DNA of 62,329 nucleotides, the filler included, from Stramenopiles sp. TOSAG23-2 (Eukaryota), in NCBI GenBank assembly GCA_900128395.1. It is 5 parts of 5 records of this genome, joined end to end, with 100 filler letters (N's around TTAATTAATTAA, not from the genome) between each part and the next. Parts side by side here need not be neighbours in the genome. Positions count along the whole stretch, not along the records: positions 37,497 to 49,866 come from LT649860.1; positions 49,967 to 62,329 come from LT649861.1; 3 more parts are not named here. One strand, given 5' to 3'. Positions 43,406-54,730 of the stretch are shown here, piece after piece. Made by a program: the position numbers and the translations under genes. The notes under the pieces were generated by a model. That model searched no databases, was not told the DNA's origin, and worked only from the letters and a program-made list of their open reading frames with translations. The first letter of the stretch is position 1, and the number at the start of each line of letters is the position of its first letter.

Positions 43406-46387
43406 TCAAACTACGACTACAGTTTCTAATTTATATTCCATCCCATCATCAAGATCTTGTAAATTATTCCTTCCTTGGACATATACCAATATATTTTTCC
43501 CACTTAAATCATTCGAAATTAATTTTACAATTTCTTTTGCTTCCTTCTCATGATTTGTTGGGCCATTGTCTTCTTTTTTCTTGAATTTTGCTAGCTTTTC
43601 ACAACATGCATTTGACAAGACGTTTTGATTGGCAAATGGTGATACAAGAAAGTTAACAAGTGGGGATAATGTACCCTTCCGCTTTAATATTTCTAATGTT
43701 TTTGGTAAAAAAGGATCACCCATTATCGGACTTTGTTCATATACAATTTGTTGACTTCCTTTTTTATTTAAATCTTTCACTTTCAAAACGTACCGTACTT
43801 GGCTGTTGTCAACATTAATACCTTTTTTATTACTTTTGCTTTTTTTCCCATTCCCCTTATTCCCTTTTTTTTTCGTTGCTTTTCTTTTTACTCTTTTCGT
43901 CTTTTTAGTAGTTGTAGTGGTGGTTGTGGTGGTGGTAGTAGTAGTAGTAGATTCTAAATTATCACGACGGTTCGATCTACGAGTTGCACGAGCATTTCTA
44001 CTACTACCTCTTCCACCAATCTGTAGAAATTTACTATTTTCCAAAAGAAATTTTTTCAACCCATTATGTTTATTTCCTTTTGAAGGGGCTGCTTTGGGCG
44101 AATCTTCTTCCGATTCCTCATCCGACACTTCCTCCGATTCCTCGTCTGACTCTTCTTCCTCCTCGCTTGAACTATCACTGTTATCTCTCACATTTTGAAT
44201 GCTAAACGACTCCATTCGGACTTGGAGCATGAATATTTTCGATTCATACCAGTGCAAATTAGATATGAAATACTTTAAATCTCTTAAACGTGATTGAGAT
44301 GCAAATCCAGCATTATAATCCATCGTCGCAGATGGACGCAAACGAGTTGGTACATAATGACGGTCTGGCAAATCTTTTAATTTACTGATGGTATTGTATT
44401 TGCCTTCCGATACAGTATCTATTTCATAAAAACTCATATCTTCTCTCCACCATTTATAAACAGTTTCAAGACGATCTTTAAATACAGTTGGACCAATTTC
44501 ATACTTTGAACATGCCTTATTAAATGCTTTTTTCACAGCACTCATTTTTTTACGAGGTATAATACCATTTGTTCGATCAATACCAGCTTCTTCCACGTAA
44601 CGACTTCGAGCAGTTGATATAGCCCACATGGATCTTGGTTCATATGCACGATATACTCGAGTTGAATTTTCTAATTTTAAATTTGTAAATGCTACAAATT
44701 TCCCAGCCTTCAGGTTACGAAAAACTTTTGCTTGGGAATTTGTATATATTAGTATCACTAATTCAAATGCAGTGGTACCATCACGTAGTTTGATCCAACG
44801 ACTTTCACTTAAAGCAGAATCTTTCGAGAAATCAAGTGGTATGGATAGATTAGTGTTAGTACTGCTACTCCCTTCATCATTAGTATTAGCTGAAGGTCGC
44901 TGATATAACGCTAATGCATCAGTTCCTTCATCATCATCTGCAATAACTTTTCGTAGCCTACGTGTACGTAATATGGGCCCTACGTAAGAAATGACACCGG
45001 CAATATCAAAAAGACCAAAATCACTTTGATCGCCATCGTTATTGGAAGAAATATTGCTGCTTCCATCGTCTCTGAATCCATTGCTATTTAAATCTTCATC
45101 TTTAACTGATGTAGTAGATACCGGCATACGGATAACATCTTTAATCTGTTTGAAATTATGGTTACGATACGGAAAACGCAATTCAAAATTACTAACATAC
45201 GGTAATTTCGATGAATACAATTTAAATTGTTCAGAGCATAGTACTTCGATATTAGTGCTAGCATTGGAATTTAATTTAAATTCAAAATTGTTTTTGTGGT
45301 CCCTACCAAAGCGATAGCCACGTATACGTATAATTTGTCCAGGCTTTAAACTGTTAAAATATCTTGGACATAGAGTTTCCCAAAGACTTAATGTAATTTT
45401 ACCAGTATGTCCGAGGGATCCATCTTTGAGATCAATCATAAAATAATACGGACATTTTCGTCTTCGTTCTGGGAGTTTAAACAATCGTGTTTTATTCATA
45501 ATTCTTCCAACTAAAGGTGCATTTTTAATACGCCGTAAATCATCATCATCATAATCTTCCTCTTCATCATCGTTATCGTCATCACTATGACCTGCGGATG
45601 ATTTAAATTTAAAATTAGCATTATTATCGTTCTCATTAAATGATTTTTCTCCACGTTTTTTTCTACGTCCATGAAATTCTTTCATACGATAATCAATAAT
45701 TGTTCTTATATTTGGACTTGATTGGTAGACTTGCTCATCATTTCTTAAAGAGATTAAATTTCTTTCTTTCCATGCATTTTTTAAGTTAAAAGATGCATCA
45801 ATTACTTCGTCTGGCATTTGTTGAATATGATTTTCCATCGTTGTATCCATCGAATCGTTATTACCAAGAGGCAAATAAAACATTTGCCTAGAATACAATG
45901 GAATGGTAGATCGTACGTTTTTAGAATTATCATTCGTATGAAATGTAATACCTTTTTTCTTGCCTTTTTTCCGTATCATATCATTTACATTTGTTTGAAG
46001 AATATTTAATTGTTTTATTTGAAAATATGTACCTGCACCAACTGTAAGTTCATCTACATAATTATTTCCTGTAATAACTTTTATTATGCTATTTACACGC
46101 ATTTCACCTTTATTCAACAAGGGATTTAAGGATGGAACTACTAGGCATTTAGTTTTAAATTTACCATCACTAACGATGATATCAAATGCATACAGATTAT
46201 CTACGCTTGTATTTAGCCCAGTGCGCGTACCAAAATGATCATCAATGGGATATCGATATATTTGTAAAATTTGTAAAACAAGACCTTTTTTAGGAACTTT
46301 ATCATTTAATATTTTATCAACACCATTTTCAGTTAATTTATATCTTGCATCTCCACTTTTTTCTTTCCACCTACGATTTTTCGACAT
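43406..46387 (-). CDS. RADX: RADX (CXorf57)-like multi-OB-fold ssDNA-binding protein
   Basis: Colinear motifs recalled from human RADX: YAFDIIVSDG...KC.V.PSLN.L, FYLPL.N.D, PL..RI..K.RL, DGS...LW..LCP.YF.SL..G, D..G...VG, RWI.L.DGT, SQ...F.NL. Confidence 0.78.
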   Translation of the reverse strand: MSKNRRWKEKSGDARYKLTENGVDKILNDKVPKKGLVLQILQIYRYPIDDHFGTRTGLNTSVDNLYAFDIIVSDGKFKTKCLVVPSLNPLLNKGEMRVNSIIKVITGNNYVDELTVGAGTYFQIKQLNILQTNVNDMIRKKGKKKGITFHTNDNSKNVRSTIPLYSRQMFYLPLGNNDSMDTTMENHIQQMPDEVIDASFNLKNAWKERNLISLRNDEQVYQSSPNIRTIIDYRMKEFHGRRKKRGEKSFNENDNNANFKFKSSAGHSDDDNDDEEEDYDDDDLRRIKNAPLVGRIMNKTRLFKLPERRRKCPYYFMIDLKDGSLGHTGKITLSLWETLCPRYFNSLKPGQIIRIRGYRFGRDHKNNFEFKLNSNASTNIEVLCSEQFKLYSSKLPYVSNFELRFPYRNHNFKQIKDVIRMPVSTTSVKDEDLNSNGFRDDGSSNISSNNDGDQSDFGLFDIAGVISYVGPILRTRRLRKVIADDDEGTDALALYQRPSANTNDEGSSSTNTNLSIPLDFSKDSALSESRWIKLRDGTTAFELVILIYTNSQAKVFRNLKAGKFVAFTNLKLENSTRVYRAYEPRSMWAISTARSRYVEEAGIDRTNGIIPRKKMSAVKKAFNKACSKYEIGPTVFKDRLETVYKWWREDMSFYEIDTVSEGKYNTISKLKDLPDRHYVPTRLRPSATMDYNAGFASQSRLRDLKYFISNLHWYESKIFMLQVRMESFSIQNVRDNSDSSSEEEEESDEESEEVSDEESEEDSPKAAPSKGNKHNGLKKFLLENSKFLQIGGRGSSRNARATRRSNRRDNLESTTTTTTTTTTTTTTKKTKRVKRKATKKKGNKGNGKKSKSNKKGINVDNSQVRYVLKVKDLNKKGSQQIVYEQSPIMGDPFLPKTLEILKRKGTLSPLVNFLVSPFANQNVLSNACCEKLAKFKKKEDNGPTNHEKEAKEIVKLISNDLSGKNILVYVQGRNNLQDLDDGMEYKLETVVVV

Positions 46388-47122
46388 CGTAATAAAGTAA
46401 TCTATATGTTTGTCAATGTCGTACGGCTTTATTATGGTTCAAGAGAAGGTAAATTATTTTGTAAATGTAAAATGGTTTTGTATTATTTGTATTTTGTACT
46501 TTGTCTTTTGTTTGTGATAAATGATAAATATACGCTTATTGTTTTAAATTCAAATAATAAATAAATCTCATCATTTTATTATTTTTCATCATTATTATTT
46601 TGAAGATGGAGATACCTGGTACTATTATTAATACAAATAATACCTACATATTTTGTAACAGCATCACAGCATTAACAAATATTGTATAGAACTGAATAGC
46701 ATGGTGGCATTGTTTTCCTCTGGTGTATTCTGTACTTCGTTATTACATGTGTTATATGTATATTGCCTGGTATTAATCATTTTAATCATAGTCTAAGCTA
46801 AACCTGGAGGCTATATATAAAAATATAAAACCTCTGGCTGTTACTAAATATACTACCTATAACTATACTACAGTATTTTTTTGCTTATTATTATTAGAAT
46901 TATTTCAATTATTACAGGTTTGTTGCCTAAAAAATAAAGATTTGAATTGGACTTTATAGTTAAAAAATTAAAAGCAAGATGAACAAATAGAAAAAAGCAT
47001 ACAAACATTCATAGTTGGAATATACGACCACCGTAATAATAGCATCATTTTTACATTGATAATATTTATACAACACTGTTTTTGTTTTGAAGCAATATAT
47101 TCCATATTTTGTGTAAGGAAAG

Positions 47123-47428
47123 ATGGATTTGAATGGAGCATCTACAAATCAGACAGAGGAAAATCAAGCAGAACAGAGCCTTCCAGGGGAAAATTTGCAA
47201 CTTACGTCTAATAATGTTGTTGAACCACGAAGATCATTTAGATCACGTAGAAAAATACAAAAGCCACCAACATTTGCTGACGAACAGTTTCAAGTGCTTC
47301 AAGACGAAAAGGCCAGGCGTGAAGAAGCAAAAAGACGAAAACAGCTATTAGAAGGCAGTTCCTCTACTCAACAAGTAGAATTGGTTGAGGAAGATACAAA
47401 AGAAGATGATAATAATAATATTAATAAT
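47123..47428 (+). CDS. N-terminal portion of the ATAD2-like gene (continues in the inverted segment)
   Basis: Its last 52 bp (47377-47428) are identical to the start of the minus-strand ATAD2 ORF (49863-49812) and in frame with it. Confidence 0.75.
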
Positions 47429-49863
47429 TTCCTTGGCCTTTGTTGTATCTGGCACGTACACGCTGTCCAACTACAAACTTTGGAATAGTAGTAGTAGTTG
47501 TTGTAATTGTTGCTGCTGCTGCTGCTGTACCATCGGCATTCATCGCAATGTTATTTGCATTTCTTATTTCTAATGGATTATCAACACCATACAATAATCG
47601 CATTTCTTCTGGACTTTCTGGATCAAAATCAGGTAAAACGTCATTGCAATTAATTGTATCATCTTCTATTTTATTTGCTTCGTCTAACACCATACTTGTT
47701 CCATTCACGGTATTACCATTGCTGGTCAAAGTTGATGTTGTCGAGGTGGTGCTGGTGGTGGTAGTTGTTGTTGTTGTTGTTGCTAGTGGTGGTGCTGGTG
47801 CTGGTGGTGCTGGCAATGCTAATACCTTGCGTTGTTTTGATTTATTGAAACGTTTACGCAATACTTTACATTTTTCTAATGGAAAAATATCTCTTAAAAT
47901 TTCCAACGTATCATATAATGCTTTTGATAGCAATGGCTTTATTGTGTTTTTCAATCCTACGCGATATGTAGAAACTGATCGTTGTGAAGCTGGCACTACT
48001 TTATTTAATGCCTTTAAAAAATCTTCACGGGTTACAATAATTTTATTAACATCTATGCATAACTTTTCGCTTCGGCTATAAACTTGTGGATAACGTCTTC
48101 GTAATGCAATCAAAGATGCTTCTGCGCATAACGATTTTAAATCAGCGCCACAGTAACCAACGCATTCCTCTGCTAAATCATCTTTAAATTTGCTTAATAA
48201 TGGTGGATTCCAATGCTGTGTATGTATATCCAAAATTTCCCGTCTTGCTTCTTTATCTGGCAAGCCAAATAATAATTCACGATCAAAGCGACCTGGCCTA
48301 CGTAATGCTGGATCGATGGAGTCAATACGATTAGTCGCCCCAATAACAATAACTTGACCACGGTCATCCAGCCCATCCATTAATGCTAATAACGTGGAAA
48401 CAATAGATGCATGAATTTGATCTTGTTTACTGGATCGTACAGGTGCAAGTCCATCAATTTCATCGAAAAAAATAATTGAAGGTTGATGTTGGCGTGCTTG
48501 CTCAAAAAGTAATCTTAATTGTCTTTCAGCTTCACCCACCCATTTACTTAAACAATCAGCCCCTTTACGCATGAAAAAGGAAACGTGTTGTCCACCACGG
48601 GAACAACTGTTTGCCAATGCTCTTGCAACCAATGTCTTTCCTGTTCCAGGCGGTCCGTGGAATATCACACCGCGTGGAGCAGTGATGTGAAATCGTTCAA
48701 AAACTTCTGGGTATAATAATGGCAAGGTAACCATTTCCTTTAATGCAGTTACGTGTTTGTCTAATCCACCAACGCTACTCCAAGATATTGATTTATCTAC
48801 TTGAATTGGCAACGCATCTGCTCGCGAGATATCCCGTTTGGAAGCTTTACCGCTTTTCTTCTTACTATTTCCACGACCATTAATTGGTTGAATACTATTT
48901 AATGTGTCTCGTTCACGTCTTTTTTCATACATTCTAAAGTTAGATGCCCCCATTACACCATGGTCACTATCTGATTCACTACTACTATCATAATGTCTCC
49001 TATGGTGTTTTCTTCGATTTCTGCTACCGCCGCCGCGATCTCTTCGTCTATTGCGATAATTATTATTACGACGTCCTCCACCACCATTGCGATAATTGTC
49101 ACGATATCCACCATTATAATTGTTATTAAATCCTCCATCCATCATGGATCTTTCATATGCATTGCGGTTTGCAACATTCTTCTTTTTTTTCTTTCTCTCG
49201 CGGCCACCAGGAGTAGTTGCTATTGCTGCAATTGTAAATCTTTCTGGTGGTTTCACACTTTCGCGATTTCTCACATTGTATCGTCCTGTTACATTCATTC
49301 TGCGATGTTCCTCAATAGCTTTAGAACATTCTGTTTCATCTAAATCTTCAGCATCCCCGTCATCATGTAGTATATGAAACAATGCGCCATCTTCACCGTC
49401 GGAAGGTACGTATTTTTCAACTACCCCTTGTGCAATTTGTCCATTAGGAAATGTTCGATAAACTCGTTTTCCTATAAATCGGTGTCCTTCTGTTTCCCAC
49501 TCATATTCTGCCGGATCTTTAGCCTCTGATGATTCTTCCTCGTCGCTGCTTTCTTCTTCGCTACTACTTTCCTCATCGCTGCTACTATCTTCATCGCTAC
49601 TGCTCTCTTCGTCGCTGTCGCTATCACTGTCACTGCTGCTGCTGCTGCTGCTATTTTCATCTTCGGAAGAAGAAGAAGAAGAAGAAGCATCTTTCTTGTC
49701 TGCTTTCCATTCTTCACTTGAATCTTCATCATCATTATTATCATCGTTGTTATTATTATCATCATTGTTATTATTATTATCATTATTATTATTATTATTA
49801 TCATCATTATTATTATTAATATTATTATTATCATCTTCTTTTGTATCTTCCTCAACCAATTCT
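47421..49863 (-). CDS. ATAD2: ATAD2/Yta7-like AAA+ ATPase histone chaperone (inverted, 3'-truncated; no bromodomain in the window)
   Basis: GPPGTGKT, FFMRKGADCLSKWVGEAERQLRLLF, DEIDGLAPVRSSKQDQIH.SIVSTLLALMDG, RRPGRFDRE, LRRRYPQ.Y; acidic N-terminal tract. Confidence 0.92.
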
Positions 49864-49866
49864 GAA

Positions 49867-49966
49867 NNNNNNNNNNNNNNNNNNNNNNNNNNNNNNNNNN
49901 NNNNNNNNNNTTAATTAATTAANNNNNNNNNNNNNNNNNNNNNNNNNNNNNNNNNNNNNNNNNNNN
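49867..49966. other. Artificial contig linker
   Basis: 44N-TTAATTAATTAA-44N. Confidence 0.99.
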
Positions 49967-50287
49967 CAAATGAAAACAACTATTGGCACAGATGTAAATC
50001 AATCCATTTTTTTTACATCATTCGTATCTGGTGCTACCGCAGGGAGTATAGCAGCATTTTTGACAACTCCATTCGATGTCATTAAAACACGAAGACAAAT
50101 TGATATTTATTCCACTGGGCCGAAAACGGCTAGTGGTACGTTTCAAGTGATGGGTAATATAATAAAAGAAGAAAAAATTTCAAGACTTTTCACAGGTGTT
50201 GCTCCACGTGTTGGTAAAGTTGCACCAGCATGTGCGATTATGATTAGTTCATATGAAGTTGGTAAATGGTATTTTGACATAGATTAA
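49967..50287 (+). CDS. 5'-partial mitochondrial carrier, SLC25A39/40 (Mtm1)-like; third repeat only
   Basis: TPFDVIKTRRQ carrier signature and PRVGKVAPACAIMISSYE. Confidence 0.88.
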   Translation, partial: QMKTTIGTDVNQSIFFTSFVSGATAGSIAAFLTTPFDVIKTRRQIDIYSTGPKTASGTFQVMGNIIKEEKISRLFTGVAPRVGKVAPACAIMISSYEVGKWYFDID

Positions 50288-50663
50288 TGTATAATATATG
50301 TATTTTAAAAAATATTATTTTAAAATTTAAAGTTTGTATTTCTTGCAATTTCAATAGAAGACGACCACAAGCAAGAGTCGTGTGAGTATAGACGACTTTA
50401 AATTATTTTTTATTTTTTCAAAAAAATTAGAACATCGATTTTAGACTTAAGGTACTATTATCGTGATGTACGATTATATACAACCTTAAACTATTTCGAA
50501 CCTTCTTTATTCTTCTTAAATAAAAAAAAAAAATAGATGAAATTATAGAAGACGACACATACGTAATAATAAACATAGACGACTATAATACTAAACGATT
50601 GTATACTTCATTTGAACACATCATTAATTTCTTGAAACAAGAACATACAATAAGTATCTCAGG

Positions 50664-51703
50664 ATGGGTGGATATTACTCAGTTGTCGCTTTGTCACAAT
50701 GGTGGATAGAAGGCAGTCGTTATTATGGCAAAGCTGGAATAGAATATGCAATGAAGCAAAACCCAAATAAATGGGAAAATATTAATTTCATAATGGAAAA
50801 TATGAGAAAAACAACACAAATAATAATATTAAGAAAAATATTATAGTAACAGGTGCTAACTCTGGTATTGGGTATCAATGTGCGCTACTTCTTAGCAAAT
50901 CTGGCGCTCGCGTACATATGTTATGTCGTAATATGGAAAGGGGACAAAATGCATTGAATAAAATTAAAGAAGAGACCAAAAATAATAATGTATATTTACA
51001 CCAAGTTGATATTTCAAGTAGAATCTCAATAAATACATTTGCGAATAATTTTTTTAAAGATGGGCAAAATGATAAAGTCGATGTATTAATCAATAATGCT
51101 GGTGTTGTAATGCAAGAACGACAAGTCAATGAAGATGGAATTGAAATATGCTTTGCAACTGCAATGGGCGGTACATTTTTGCTTTCATCACTATGTTTAA
51201 ATAGTTTGAAAAATGCAAATGGAAGAGTTATTAATGTTTCAAGTGGTGGAATGTATTTAGCAAAATTTTGGCCAAAATTTATTCGCATAGGAATGTATAA
51301 AGAGAAATATGATGGATTATTAGCATATGTTCAAAGCAAACGTGGACAAGTTTTGTTAAATCGAAGATGGGCTGAGTTGTTAAATAATGATAACGTCATC
51401 TTTCAATCGTATCATCCTGGATGGGCAGCAACTGCTGGTGTGAAAACATCACAAATGAGTTGGTTTTATGAAAAAAAAGAGAATGAATTACGGACTGATG
51501 AAGAAGGTGCAGACACAGCAATTTGGTTGGCAACATCTAATGATGATGAAATAGTGAAAAAAGAAAACAATGGATCATTTTGGTTTGATAGAACAATTGC
51601 TAAAGAAAATTTTCCAATGGCATGGACTACTAATACAAAAGAAGATATTGATGAATTATGGAATTATTGTATAGAAATATTTCAACATCAACCAGAAATT
51701 TAG
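50664..51703 (+). CDS. DHRS12-like short-chain dehydrogenase/reductase with a 1-nt frameshift near 50786
   Basis: The N-terminal piece WWIEG.R.Y.K.G.E.A resembles DHRS12. The other frame (open from 50786) has TGANSGIG, LINNAG, VSSGGM, YVQSK and HPGWA.T.GV. Confidence 0.85.
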
Positions 51704-51818
51704 AAAAAATGGTTCGTCGTATCATATTACTAACACCGTTAAAATATAATAATTATGATATATATATATTTAAACATGTAATTGTATACAAGTAAATGTA
51801 CGCGTATTTTAATTTTTT

Positions 51819-52090
51819 AATTTACTCACCATGATAATTCCTACTCTCTTCAAAAGAATACATGTACGTACAATAAATTGAAATAAAATCTGATCTTATA
51901 ATTATATATACGAAGTATATATATATATGTATTTTTGTTTTTGTATATTTAATTTACGATTATATAATATTTTTAATTTACGCACCACATACGATATAAT
52001 ATTAATAAAATAATTTATTTTTTAATTTTACTAAGATTTACTCATCATGCTGGCATGATAATTCCCTACTCTTCAAAAGAATATACAATA
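51819..52090 (+). repeat. Dispersed repeat family B, copies 2 and 3
   Basis: Two diverged copies (51819-51862 and 52036-52090) of the 37351 element. Confidence 0.8.
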
Positions 52091-52239
52091 ACTATGAGAT
52101 AACAATATCTATCTCACATATGATATTTACCACATATTTACCACATAATTTCAATAATATAAAAATATATTTATCATATGACATTCGTATTATATAAAAA
52201 ACATTAAAAATCACATGGGGTTCATATTATACACCCCTC

Positions 52240-53202
52240 TTAAACATTCCAATCAATAGCTTCACCACCTTGTTTCATTAATATATCGTTTGTTTTACTA
52301 AAACATCGACTTCCAATGAAAGGTTTATTTGTCTTCGTCGCACCTAATGGTGAAGGATGTGATGAAATAAACACATGATGCTTCGAGCGGCTTACACCTT
52401 CAGCTGCTTTCTGTGCATGTTTTCCCCACAATAAGAAAACAACCCCTTCTTTTTGCGTATTTATAACACGAATAACTTGTTTTGTAAATTTATCCCATCC
52501 AATTTTACTATGCGAATTAGCATTATGAGCTCTTACGGTCAATGTCGTATTTAATAAAAAGACACCTTGTTCACACCATTTTGTTAAACATCCATGGGGA
52601 GGTTTCAACGGTGTGCCAACATCATTATGTAATTCTTTATAAATATTTCGTAAGCTAGGTGGTGTTTTAATTCCTTTTTTGACCGAGAAACACAAGCCAT
52701 GTGCTTGGCCAGTACCATGATATGGATCTTGACCAATAATTACAACACGAACTTGATCTAGTGGACACGAGTTGAAAGCAGCAAAAATATCATTTGGCGG
52801 AGGAAAAACTTTATTACGAACTGTTTCTTTTTCCAAATAACTGGTAATTCCCTTGAAATATGACTTGTTTTCTTCACTTTTCAAAGCTTCATACCAAGCA
52901 GGCTCTAGCCCATTTAATGTTAGTTTAAATGACGGCGCAACAGCTTTAGATGTAGATGCACTGGAAGATATTCCACGTTTTTGTTGCAATTTCAATAAAG
53001 CAGCTTTTTTATTCGCTTCAATACGTTGTCGAATTTCAGGTGAAATAGTAGAAGGAGTAGAATTCGATGACATTTTGTTTTTTTTCTGCACTGGTGTCAC
53101 GCCAGCATTTTTTTTATTGTTGGTAGTTGCTGCTGCAACGTTTGATGCAGCACGTTTCGTACCACCCGCCTTTGGTTTGAAGTATTTGAACAACGTTGCC
53201 AT
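52240..53202 (-). CDS. UNG: Uracil-DNA glycosylase family 1 (UNG2-like)
   Basis: GQDPYH, AHGLCFSV, PPSL.NI, SHPSPL. N-terminal PIP-box-like TLFKYF and RPA-binding-like RIEANKKAAL. Confidence 0.97.
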   Translation of the reverse strand: MATLFKYFKPKAGGTKRAASNVAAATTNNKKNAGVTPVQKKNKMSSNSTPSTISPEIRQRIEANKKAALLKLQQKRGISSSASTSKAVAPSFKLTLNGLEPAWYEALKSEENKSYFKGITSYLEKETVRNKVFPPPNDIFAAFNSCPLDQVRVVIIGQDPYHGTGQAHGLCFSVKKGIKTPPSLRNIYKELHNDVGTPLKPPHGCLTKWCEQGVFLLNTTLTVRAHNANSHSKIGWDKFTKQVIRVINTQKEGVVFLLWGKHAQKAAEGVSRSKHHVFISSHPSPLGATKTNKPFIGSRCFSKTNDILMKQGGEAIDWNV

Positions 53203-53746
53203 TTGTTTGTATAATATTGTATTATGATATTAAGAGAAAGTATCTTTCTTTGTTGTTTGTTTACAAGCTATATTATATGTATAATATACAGTATTACATA
53301 TATATATTAATATATTATAATATTGATCCGGAGGATAGTGCGATCCATATAGGAGAATCTTTTCTTTCCTACTACCAGGACTACTGCCAGACTGTATTTA
53401 TTATTTTATATGTGCCTATTACCTATTAGCTACTCTTGTATAAAATATTATATTGTAATACCAATGGTGGTACCTCATCATACCATCCACCACAACTATT
53501 ATAGTAGACGACTAGTAAATAGCACAATAATAGGCCGGTGGTATAAATAATAATTATTAATAATTATTGTTGATTTTTTCTTCTTCATTGATTTTCAATT
53601 ATATATTGATATATACCCCAGTATTATATATTATTCCAATTATAGTATCATATATATACTATTATGTGCATTTTATATTAAATATATATAAAATATACAG
53701 AAAGAAACCAAATCAATCCATAGGTCGAACTATTAATAAAAATAAA

Positions 53747-54469
53747 ATGAACAATACGATGGATAAATTTTTTGATGCCAATAAACTATTTTTGAAAGTC
53801 ATTCATGAACTTGTCTCGAAAAATGAAGATTTAAATGCAATAATACCATACATAAACCGTTTAAGAGAAAATTTAATGCTATCTGCGGATGAAGTTGAAA
53901 AGTTAGTGAAGGATGTTTCTGAGAATTCATTAGTAACAATGTTTCAACACGAAATATTTCAAAACCGTACAGATTCACAATTTGAAAATGCAAAGCAGAA
54001 AGAATTAAAATCAAAAAAACGAAAAGTTATGCATCAATCGTCCTCGTCCACTGAAAAACAAGATATAAGAAACCACAAACAACTTACGAATAATACCGAT
54101 AGTGAAAAAAGTAACGATAGTCAGCACAAAAGCTATAATAAGCGCAAGAATCCAAATGATGAAGAATGCGCATTTAAGACTATGAAAAGACGAAAGATGG
54201 AGAATCGCCTGAGAAAGACTATAAACGATGTACCTCTACAGATTCAACAAGTCGTTGTTCCTCCTGATAATAAACCTATAAAAACAGGTGTTTGGACAGA
54301 AGAGGAAAGTACGAAGTGTCATGAAGCATATAAAAAATATTTGAATTATTCAAAATTTTATATGATTATTGCAAAGTGTGTTGGTGGTACACGCACTATT
54401 AAACAGGTCCGAGATCATATCGGAAAAATAAGACGACGTAAAGAAAAAAAAGTATTTTTAGGATTTTGA
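53747..54469 (+). CDS. Protein with C-terminal Myb/SANT-like domain
   Basis: GVWTEEE....EA...Y......IA..VG.TRT..QVR.H. The ATG at 53747 is preferred over the upstream TTG start. Confidence 0.75.
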   Translation: MNNTMDKFFDANKLFLKVIHELVSKNEDLNAIIPYINRLRENLMLSADEVEKLVKDVSENSLVTMFQHEIFQNRTDSQFENAKQKELKSKKRKVMHQSSSSTEKQDIRNHKQLTNNTDSEKSNDSQHKSYNKRKNPNDEECAFKTMKRRKMENRLRKTINDVPLQIQQVVVPPDNKPIKTGVWTEEESTKCHEAYKKYLNYSKFYMIIAKCVGGTRTIKQVRDHIGKIRRRKEKKVFLGF

Positions 54470-54730
54470 TAGAGACACAGGGGTGACTTACACCAATAAT
54501 AAAAAGATGATATGATATGTATCATATATATATATGATATGGTGGTCTCGGGCATAAGTTGCCCAGAAACGATTTTTATATCATTATATTTAAAATAAAT
54601 AAAAAAAGTTCTAGAGGAGATATGAGTGTAAGAATTTCACGCATATCTAAAAGATAGATTAAACTTTTATGATATTTATCATATATTATATATATACGAA
54701 TTATTTTATGCATATGTAATGATATGTATT

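Noticed and set aside
12410-49966. Regular ~12.5-kb periodic TTAATTAATTAA motif and gene neighbourhoods across it
   Set aside because: It is an artificial linker between length-sorted contigs, so there is no biological synteny.
53567-53746. Hydrophobic N-terminal extension of the Myb-like ORF
   Set aside because: It has a TTG start in AT-rich upstream DNA; the ATG at 53747 is more plausible.
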